Source: Verrucomicrobiota bacterium (GTDB lineage: Bacteria > Verrucomicrobiota > Verrucomicrobiia > Limisphaerales > SXQI01). Taken from it: DNA of 64,000 nucleotides. The DNA lies in NCBI GenBank assembly GCA_033762115.1, contig JANRLX010000111.1:33807-97806 (forward strand). The letters are read 5' to 3'. The translations under genes and the position numbers were made by a program. Below, piece by piece: positions 56,913 to 64,000 of the stretch. Positions within the stretch are counted from its first letter, which is position 1, and the number at the start of each line of letters is the position of its first letter. Under the pieces are notes generated by a model, which was given only the letters and a program-made list of their open reading frames with translations, made no database searches and was not told the DNA's origin.

Positions 56913-58013
56913 TTAACCTCCGCTGGGTCGGCCACCAATTTCATTCTTCTCCCAAAGCTGCCCCAGGCTATACTCATCAAGCCAAACCTCCAGCTTTTCA
57001 GGATTTAACCGTGTAAAGTGTGTTCCGCCATCGACCCTGTCCGCCACCAAAACATCTTCAGGCTCAAAATGATCAAGCAATAATGACGATTGAGTAGAAA
57101 CAATTACCTGGGAGGTAACTGAAGCTTGCTTGATAAGCGCAGCCAGTAACGTGATGGCATAGGGATGCAACCCTAACTCTGGCTCATCGACAAGGATCAC
57201 AGAAGGGCGAAGGCTTTCCGGTTGCAAAAACAAGGTTGCCAATGCGACGAAGCGCAAGGTTCCGTCAGAAAGGGAAGAAACGTCAAAGTAGCTGTCGCGG
57301 CCTTGATGTTGCCACTCCAGCCGTATCTTCTCAGGATTCAAACGTTGAGGCTCCAGCGTAAAATCTTTAAAAAAAGGTGCTACCTGCTGCACCGTCTTAC
57401 GAATCAGTCCATATTCCCCTTCATGCTGTTTCTTCAGCAGGTATAGGAACGCAGGCAGGTTTGAAGCATCAGGCCGAAGAAAACGGTTATCATTCACATC
57501 TGCAGTCTTCTTCATGGGTGACTCCGAACTCGTATCGTGAAAATGATACAATCGCCAACTGGCTAAATGCCGGCGTACATGATTTGCTATTGGGTTATTG
57601 GAACTGCTTATTCCTGCTTCTTCGCTATAGGAAAGGATTCCTTGGGAAAATGGCTGAGGGTATGCCTTATTCCAAAAACTCACAAATTCGGAGCTGGGTC
57701 TTAACCCGTCAGCATTTGTCGCGCTAAGACTGATTTCATAGGCATTTCTTTCTTCTTTAAAAGACAGGCTTATTGAAAGTCCTGGAGTCTGCCTTGATCC
57801 AAAATGCAAAATTTTGTCTGCCCCGCCAGCCCGAATCACATACTCCTGCAAACGACCTTCTCGAATCGCGTTTAAAAATGAGAAAACCCCGATGAAATTC
57901 GACTTCCCGGAACCATTCGGCCCAATGACGATATTGATCGCGCCTAGTTTAAGATGCTCAACAGAGGCAATGCTCTTAAACCCTTTGATGCTGATTGAAT
58001 CAAGTTCCGGCAT
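56913..58013 (-). CDS. AAA_21/ABC-type ATPase
   Basis: GFKSI, GPNGSGKSN, LSDGTLR, LVDEPELGLHP, STQS. Confidence 0.88.
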   Translation of the reverse strand: MPELDSISIKGFKSIASVEHLKLGAINIVIGPNGSGKSNFIGVFSFLNAIREGRLQEYVIRAGGADKILHFGSRQTPGLSISLSFKEERNAYEISLSATNADGLRPSSEFVSFWNKAYPQPFSQGILSYSEEAGISSSNNPIANHVRRHLASWRLYHFHDTSSESPMKKTADVNDNRFLRPDASNLPAFLYLLKKQHEGEYGLIRKTVQQVAPFFKDFTLEPQRLNPEKIRLEWQHQGRDSYFDVSSLSDGTLRFVALATLFLQPESLRPSVILVDEPELGLHPYAITLLAALIKQASVTSQVIVSTQSSLLLDHFEPEDVLVADRVDGGTHFTRLNPEKLEVWLDEYSLGQLWEKNEIGGRPSGG

Positions 58014-58147
58014 TTCGATGAATTACTCGATCCAGCATATACAACCTTAAATGCGTTGAAAAATCCTAAATAAAGAAGCTTAATGCACGGAAGTCCTCAC
58101 CAACCTGGATAGCCAGTCATGGCCAGTCTGGCGCTGTCCGGAACCAT

Positions 58148-58232
58148 TGGTGCCCACGACAGGACTTGAACCTGTACGATGTTACTCACTAGAACCTGAA
58201 TCTAGCGCGTCTGCCAATTCCGCCACGTGGGC
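58148..58232 (-). tRNA. tRNA-Leu(CAG)
   Basis: GCCCACGTGGCGGAATTGGCAGACGCG...TT-CAG-GT loop...long variable arm...GGTTCAAGTCC...GGGCACCA. Confidence 0.96.
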
Positions 58233-58426
58233 ATTCCCGTCCGGGGCCTCACATTCTCGCACACGCGAAAATCTATGCAAGCCCGCCTCCGGCAATCGGA
58301 TTCATTTAATGGGCAAACCTCCCCGCGCGGCAAGCAAAATGAACTTTCAACTCCCTCCTTCAAAATAGCCTCGCCTTGCTTCCTTTCCTCCCTTAAGCTC
58401 TTCATAACTCAGCAGCACGACAGCTT

Positions 58427-58900
58427 ATGGATGTCATCTTCGCATGCAGTAATTGCCGTCAGCAACTCGAGGCCGATGCCTCCCTCGCAGGCAACACAAT
58501 CAACTGCCCCTCCTGCAACAGCGCCATCGTCATTCCTGAACCCGATCCGGCCAATCTCCGCACCTCCCACGCCGCCACCAATGCCGCCACCAAGGAGGAA
58601 AAACATTTTCAGGTCCCCGTTTCCGATGGCCCCACCGCCACCCTCATCAAAAAACCAAACCCTCCATTGGAAGCCGCCGCAAAAAACTCCAGTGAAAAAC
58701 AGGTCCGCATTAAAACCATCAAACACACCGAATGCGTTGAGGTCGGCCATGACCGCTTCGATGAAGTGGTTTCCAATTTCCTCGGCAAAATCGGCGAACA
58801 AAACATCGTCAACATCTCCACCATCGCCTACTCCCACATCGACCTCGGTTCCCGCCAGATGCTCACCGATTACGGTGTCATGATCGTCTATAAAGGGTGA
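58427..58900 (+). CDS. zinc-ribbon domain hypothetical protein
   Basis: CSNC...CPSC N-terminal ribbon; compact C-terminal domain. Confidence 0.75.
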   Translation: MDVIFACSNCRQQLEADASLAGNTINCPSCNSAIVIPEPDPANLRTSHAATNAATKEEKHFQVPVSDGPTATLIKKPNPPLEAAAKNSSEKQVRIKTIKHTECVEVGHDRFDEVVSNFLGKIGEQNIVNISTIAYSHIDLGSRQMLTDYGVMIVYKG

Positions 58901-59472
58901 CAATGTTCCCTCTCGGTAAGTTTTGCCTCGCAGTCATGTTACTGCTCCTGGTTCCCGGTTGCGCCCATTCTCCAGTTTCCACCACCCAACCCCATAACCA
59001 CTCCTCCAATCCCATTGTCCCCTGGCTTCACGGCAAACCCATCCTCCTCTGGTTCGCCAGCGTCCACTGCCCCATCTCCAACCGCCTCACGCCCACCATG
59101 CTCACTCTCGCGCACGACTATCGCGAGCATGTTCAATTTTATATTGTTTACCCCAATCCCCAGGAAACCGAAGCTGAAATCCACCACCACTTGCGGGAAT
59201 TCAAAATTACTCTGCCTCACCTCCGCGACCCTCACCTTGCACTGGCCCGCTGGTCCCGCGTCAAAGTCACCCCGGAAGTCGCCCTCTACGACCCTCAAGG
59301 CGCCCTGATCTACCATGGCCGCATTAACGACCGCTTCCTGGCTCTCGGCCAGGCCCGTCCCGCTCCTACAACCCATGAATTGCGCGACGCTCTCGACGCC
59401 CTCTTGCAAGGTCAATCACCGCAAATTTCCCATGCTCCAGCGGTTGGATGCTATATTTCAGGGATCGAATGA
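58897..59472 (+). CDS. redoxin (AhpC/TSA-like) lipoprotein
   Basis: VPGC lipobox; HCPIS, TPEV, YHGRIND, AVGC. Confidence 0.8.
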   Translation: MTMFPLGKFCLAVMLLLLVPGCAHSPVSTTQPHNHSSNPIVPWLHGKPILLWFASVHCPISNRLTPTMLTLAHDYREHVQFYIVYPNPQETEAEIHHHLREFKITLPHLRDPHLALARWSRVKVTPEVALYDPQGALIYHGRINDRFLALGQARPAPTTHELRDALDALLQGQSPQISHAPAVGCYISGIE

Positions 59473-61265
59473 GCATTTTCTCTTTCATTTTCCTCCTGCT
59501 TGCGTTCATTTCCTTCTCCGCAACGCTGCATGCCCAACCCACCTTCACCAAAGATATTGCCCCCATTTTATATACCCAATGCATCACCTGCCATCGCCCC
59601 GGCCAGGCCGCTCCATTCAGCCTCATTCAATATGAGGAAGTCAAAAAGCGCTCCCGCCAGATTGCGGAAGTCACCGCTTCCCGCTACATGCCACCCTGGC
59701 TCCCCGATCCCTCCGTAAACCACTTCGTCGGGGAACGCCGTCTCACTGACGCACAAATCGCTCTCTTCGCCGAATGGCATCGCTCAGGCACTCCCCAGGG
59801 AGATCCCTCCGCCCTCCAGCCGCCTCCCAAATTCAATGATGACTGGCAGCTTGGCGCCCCTGATCTCATTATTCGCTTGCCCCAGGAATTCATCCTCCCG
59901 GCTGAAGGACGTGACGTTTACCGCAATTTTGTCATTCCCATTCCCACTCTTTCAAATCGTTACGTCCGCGGCTTTGAATTCCGCCCCGGCAATCTCGCAG
60001 TTTCTCATCACGCCTTCTTTCGCATGGATCGCACCTCCAATTCCCGCGCCATTGATGCCCGTGAACCCGGCCTCGGCTTTCCCGGCATGGACACACCCTC
60101 CACCGCCGAAAGCCCCCAGGGCCACTTCCTCAGCTGGCAACCCGGAAAACGCTCCTCCTTCAACCCTCCCGGCCTTTCCTGGACGCTCCATCGCGGTGCC
60201 GACCTCCTCATCCAGATGCACCTTCAACCCACCGGGAAACCGGAGCCCTTGCAGCCTGAAGTCGCCCTTTATTTTACCGATCAACCACCCACCAACCAAC
60301 CCTTTAAACTCAACCTCACCTCCTTCCGCTTTTCCATTCCTCCAGGCGATACCAATTACCTCGTCACCGACTCCTACACCATCCCTGTTGATCTCGATCT
60401 CCTCCGCATCCTGCCCCATGCCCATTACCTCGGCCGTCGGCTGGAAAGCTACGCCATCCTTCCCGATGGCTCCAAAAAAGATCTCCTCCTCATTCCTGAA
60501 TGGGACTTCAACTGGCAGGGTGATTACGAATATGCTCAACCCATCTCCCTCCCGAAGAATTCCGTCCTCCACATGCGGTTTAGTTACGACAACTCCACCA
60601 ACAACCATCGTAACCCCGGCAACCCTCCCAGGCAGGTCAGCTACGGCGTCCAAACCACCGATGAAATGGCCGAAATCTGGCTTCAGGTTCTCCCCCGCAA
60701 CACCAATGACCTCGCCCTCCTCCGGGCCGACCACGAAAAACGCGCCCTTCGCGACATCCTTGATTACAATCAGTATCGCCTTACCCTTAATCCCAGGGAT
60801 CCCAAAGCCCACCTCCGCCTCGGCCAGGCCCTTCTCGCCCTCGGTCAGCATCAGGACGCTCTCCTTTCCATTCGCAAAGCCGCCGAACTCGATCCCGCTT
60901 TTGATGAACCCCTTTACCAGCTCGGTGTCATGTCACGCATGTCCGGCGACCTTGACAACGCAAAACGCTTCTTCAAGCGGGTCATCACCCTCAATCCCGC
61001 TTACGCTTTGGCTCACGGCAACCTCGGCCTCATCTCCCTTCAGGAAGGGGATTTTCGCCGCGCTGAAAGTTACCTCAAAAAAGCCGTCGAACTTGACCCT
61101 CTCGATTTCATCTCCCATGACAGCCTCGGCCTCATCTATCGCGAACTCGGCCAGCTGGATAAAGCCGCAACCCACTTCAAGGCCGCTGTCGAGGCCAACC
61201 CCGCAGACCCAGAAGCCAAAGCCCACCTCGAAAGCCTGCTCCAGCTCAGGCAAGGTCTGAAATGA
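59469..61265 (+). CDS. cytochrome c / copper type II monooxygenase-like / TPR protein
   Basis: Signal peptide; CITCH...MPPW; HHA, QMH, PHAH, WDFNWQ, TDEM; several C-terminal TPRs. Confidence 0.75.
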   Translation: MSIFSFIFLLLAFISFSATLHAQPTFTKDIAPILYTQCITCHRPGQAAPFSLIQYEEVKKRSRQIAEVTASRYMPPWLPDPSVNHFVGERRLTDAQIALFAEWHRSGTPQGDPSALQPPPKFNDDWQLGAPDLIIRLPQEFILPAEGRDVYRNFVIPIPTLSNRYVRGFEFRPGNLAVSHHAFFRMDRTSNSRAIDAREPGLGFPGMDTPSTAESPQGHFLSWQPGKRSSFNPPGLSWTLHRGADLLIQMHLQPTGKPEPLQPEVALYFTDQPPTNQPFKLNLTSFRFSIPPGDTNYLVTDSYTIPVDLDLLRILPHAHYLGRRLESYAILPDGSKKDLLLIPEWDFNWQGDYEYAQPISLPKNSVLHMRFSYDNSTNNHRNPGNPPRQVSYGVQTTDEMAEIWLQVLPRNTNDLALLRADHEKRALRDILDYNQYRLTLNPRDPKAHLRLGQALLALGQHQDALLSIRKAAELDPAFDEPLYQLGVMSRMSGDLDNAKRFFKRVITLNPAYALAHGNLGLISLQEGDFRRAESYLKKAVELDPLDFISHDSLGLIYRELGQLDKAATHFKAAVEANPADPEAKAHLESLLQLRQGLK

Positions 61266-61730
61266 TCCTCCCATCACCTCCAGGTCAGCCCCTTTTTCAG
61301 TCATGTCAATGGATGAATCAGCCATAAAGTGGTTGATTATCATCCAGAAGCAACCCGCGTGGGGAGCGGGAAAGAATCAGAATATTCTGTACAAATAGGT
61401 AGTGCTGTTCTCAAATACAACTGTTTTAGTTGACAGCTTCCACCAAAACTGCCACTCTCATCCCGGAAAGGAAAACTTGAAAAATAGATAACTAGTCAAA
61501 ACAACATAAACCCACTGGCAGATGGCCTCACGCAGCCACCCGCTGCGCTTGAAAATTGTTACGGCCCTGGAACAAGTCCCCGTTGATCTCTCCTCCACGG
61601 CAACTCGTTCGATGGCCACCCGCTTGATTCAAGCACCGCCACCCTCCAGCCAACAACAACCACAAAAAAGACCAGTCTCCGGTCCACCCCATGACCATGC
61701 CCGTGACCCACCGGAGCAGTCCCCAAACCT

Positions 61731-62417
61731 ATGACCACCACCGAACACCATATCAAAACGGCATTCCCCACCCACAGAACCATCCCACCCCTCCAAAACA
61801 ACGACCACTCTGCGACCACCATTTCCCACTTATTCCCAGTTGCTCCTGCGAACGCAGCGAGCAGCCCAGCCCATGCCAGTACCAAGACCATAAAATCAGA
61901 AACCTCCACTGAGCTTGAATCACCACACCCTCACCTCAATGGGCTGCGGCTCCAAAAACCGCGCGACCTCTCAGTCCGCCTCACCCCCGCCGAAAAACAA
62001 ATCCTCCTCCAATGGCTCGAACAACACACCTACAGCCACGTCATCGAACTCGCCGCCCAACCCACCCCCATCGGCCTTGGCAAACAACTCACCCGCTCCA
62101 CCCTCTCCCGCTTCTACCGCAAACACTCCCTCCAACTCAACAAACGCCGCCGCCTCCAAACCCTCCGCCAGGCCATCCTCCCCACCGCACCCCAGCCCCA
62201 GACCGAACGCCTCACCGCCTCCATCCTCATGGAACAACTCTTCCACCTCGCATCCGAACCGCTCGACAACCTCCAGGAACTCAACACCGCCGCCACCATC
62301 TTCGCCAAACTCAGCCGCGCCTCCCTCCAGCGCGACAAACTCAACTACCAACAAGAACTCCCTCCTCCCACCCTCGAAGAAGACCTCAACCAGATTGTAA
62401 AGGGACAAGCGGTTTGA
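61731..62417 (+). CDS. hypothetical protein with a Mu gp27/DUF3486-like HTH segment; C-terminus likely cut by an insertion
   Basis: LTPAEKQILLQWL...LTRSTLSRFY; last 7 codons lie inside the putative element end. Confidence 0.45.
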   Translation: MTTTEHHIKTAFPTHRTIPPLQNNDHSATTISHLFPVAPANAASSPAHASTKTIKSETSTELESPHPHLNGLRLQKPRDLSVRLTPAEKQILLQWLEQHTYSHVIELAAQPTPIGLGKQLTRSTLSRFYRKHSLQLNKRRRLQTLRQAILPTAPQPQTERLTASILMEQLFHLASEPLDNLQELNTAATIFAKLSRASLQRDKLNYQQELPPPTLEEDLNQIVKGQAV

Positions 62418-62442
62418 TACAGATGGACAACGGTTTGATACA
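62403..62442 (+). repeat. tandem 18-19 bp direct repeat with 22-bp period (putative transposase-binding sites)
   Basis: GGACAAGCGGTTTGATACA (62403-62421) and GGACAACGGTTTGATACA (62425-62442). Confidence 0.8.
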
Positions 62443-62473
62443 TAACTCCCTTTCCCTGGGTTCGCTTTCCTTG

Positions 62474-62818
62474 TCATTTCTGCTCCTTTAAAGGCTCTTT
62501 CAAGCCGGTTGAAATCACTTCCGCCCACCGCCCAATCGGGCATTTTTCCGATCGCAGCCATGCCTTAAGCTTGGTGCAGCCACAGGCGGGGTGTTTACAC
62601 TGGCCGAGCCCGAGTCTGGCCGTCCCATCCCAGTAAGAGCAAGGGGTGCCGACTGTACCGGTACTCTTGCCTTGGCACCCGCCCTCGATCCTTGCTCGGT
62701 ATTCGGCTTCAGACACAACCTCAAATCCGGCTGCTGCCCACCTCAGCATTGCGCGGCTGAAGTTCCTGGCCAGTTCGGTCGGGCTTGGCTCCGTAACGGA
62801 AGGCCCTTTAAATTTCAC
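62474..62818 (-). CDS. Cys-rich phage-type hypothetical protein
   Basis: C..C.YWDG...C...CGC.....CPIGRW pattern; overlaps the upstream ORF. Confidence 0.6.
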   Translation of the reverse strand: MKFKGPSVTEPSPTELARNFSRAMLRWAAAGFEVVSEAEYRARIEGGCQGKSTGTVGTPCSYWDGTARLGLGQCKHPACGCTKLKAWLRSEKCPIGRWAEVISTGLKEPLKEQK

Positions 62819-63329
62819 GCAACCACACTCCGAGGATTTGCCATTTCACCGTTTCAAAAAAGGTGGTGGTGAAGGCAAAGCCGATTAGCGGCTCTCTCAC
62901 CTCCAGTTCGGTGGGCAGGATATTGCTTGCTCCAAATATGTCCGGGTAGGCCGAATAGCGAAACGTGTGTAAGCGGGGTGTGGCTGGGGAGGGAAAAATG
63001 GGGTTATCAGGAAGCGCATAAACCGAGACTACGCCAGGTGGGTAGCCAAAGCCTTCATATCCCCGAATGGTGACTCGCGAGGGAGTTAGACGCCATACTC
63101 CGGCCTTTACCTTCAAGACGAATACAGGTTGGTAATTAGACGGGCGGACAGCAACCGGAAGGCGCAATATGTTTTCTTCCTGCCACGCTTCAACCTGCGT
63201 TTCCAGCCACGGGTCTAACTCGTAAGCTGGCGCATCGGGCGGTGGTGGACCAAAATAACCACCTGGCGCAATCGCGGTGATCTCAAATTGGGCCCGAGCG
63301 CAGGGAGGAAACAGGCAACAGCGGGGCAT
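62808..63329 (-). CDS. hypothetical protein (phage tail region)
   Basis: 173-aa ORF, TAATG-coupled to the upstream gene; N-terminal PRCC. Confidence 0.5.
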   Translation of the reverse strand: MPRCCLFPPCARAQFEITAIAPGGYFGPPPPDAPAYELDPWLETQVEAWQEENILRLPVAVRPSNYQPVFVLKVKAGVWRLTPSRVTIRGYEGFGYPPGVVSVYALPDNPIFPSPATPRLHTFRYSAYPDIFGASNILPTELEVREPLIGFAFTTTFFETVKWQILGVWLREI

Positions 63330-64000
63330 TAGCTAGTCGGGTTTTCAGGTTTCTTGTAAAGCGCGGACGCCAGGAAAACGCACTGCCATTCCTCGCCGTT
63401 CACGCACACGTCAAATTCGCGCGGCTGCATCGGTCCCGCAGAGATTGAAGCGGCTGGAAACAAGGAAGGGTCAAGACGTATCTGGCCGTTAGCTGGCGAC
63501 CGAACAACCACTTGCTGAAGTTCTCCCCCGCCGTCATTGACGTGGCCGCGCGGCATGGCCTTGCCGAGCTCCACGCTACCGCCGCCGCTCGATGCGCCAG
63601 TAGCGCGGGTTGTGGCTGTGGTGTAGCGCATCCGGTTTCGCGTCATCCTGAGCAGGGCCATGATATCATCCCGGCCCAGCAACTGCGGCGCACCGATGAC
63701 AATTGTAGTGGTGCCGAGGGTGGCATCTTCCGTCACCGACTGCACCAGCGCCCGCATAGTCTCCCACTCGGGACGGCCACCGGTCAGGTTGAGTCTCTTG
63801 CCCATGGACAACACTCCCGTAACATCCTGTTCCACAAGCACGATCTGGCCATCAAAATGCAAAATATTTGTGGCCCTCCACAGGGCCTCAGCCAGGCCAA
63901 TGGGTTGCGCTTCACCAACCTCAATGGCCAGAGTCGAAGAGTAACGGTCACTCGTCAAGTCGGTGGCCGTGACACGCACGTTGACGTCACGGTCCTTCTC
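63329..64000 (-). CDS. 3' part of a phage tail/minor structural-like protein (open to the window edge)
   Basis: Frame open to 64000; VQSVTEDATLGTTTIVIG beta-rich segment typical of tail/hub proteins. Confidence 0.5.
   Translation of the reverse strand, partial: EKDRDVNVRVTATDLTSDRYSSTLAIEVGEAQPIGLAEALWRATNILHFDGQIVLVEQDVTGVLSMGKRLNLTGGRPEWETMRALVQSVTEDATLGTTTIVIGAPQLLGRDDIMALLRMTRNRMRYTTATTRATGASSGGGSVELGKAMPRGHVNDGGGELQQVVVRSPANGQIRLDPSLFPAASISAGPMQPREFDVCVNGEEWQCVFLASALYKKPENPTS

Larger units (their letters stand above)
62396..64000. mobile_element. end of a putative transposable (Mu-like) prophage
   Basis: TGT terminus, tandem GGACAA(G)CGGTTTGATACA repeats, abrupt composition switch, phage-like overlapping genes. 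Confidence 0.6.

Noticed and set aside
59836..61260. 474-aa Pro/Ser-rich overlapping ORF (and similar ORFs at 61915, 62012 and antisense 59952)
   Set aside because: Shadow frames: the extreme C-richness removes stop codons, and the real frame carries recognisable motifs
1..64000. CRISPR array, rRNA genes, IS transposases or integrases
   Set aside because: No regularly spaced repeat-spacer array, rRNA signature or transposase/integrase ORF was recognised in the window

Overview
Bacterial chromosomal window, most likely Verrucomicrobiota (inferred from gene content, the tmRNA tag ANNELALAA and a Verrucomicrobia-type LexA box). The housekeeping backbone includes dnaA, argH, glmS, glgC, fabG, fdhD, tmRNA, tRNA-His and tRNA-Leu. 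Accessory modules are: (i) a four-gene extracellular electron transfer cluster (8-haem MtrA-like lipoprotein, MtrB/PioB-type porin, monohaem cytochrome c, 7-haem ImcH/NapC-like membrane cytochrome); (ii) a BlaI/M56-peptidase pair with clear operator palindromes, followed by two unknown envelope proteins; (iii) a hybrid kinase whose phospho-His is replaced by Gln, and an orphan cheA; (iv) a ~5.8 kb decaying island after ssrA and an AT-rich ATPase + DUF4276 defence-like islet after tRNA-Leu; (v) a redoxin plus cytochrome c/Cu-monooxygenase-like/TPR operon. At 62396 there is a Mu/Tn7-style terminus (TGT followed by tandem repeats 22 bp apart) that appears to begin a transposable prophage inserted in a gene. 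A C-over-G strand bias builds up towards 62.4 kb and stops abruptly at that junction. All calls come from motif recognition by eye; no database searches were run.
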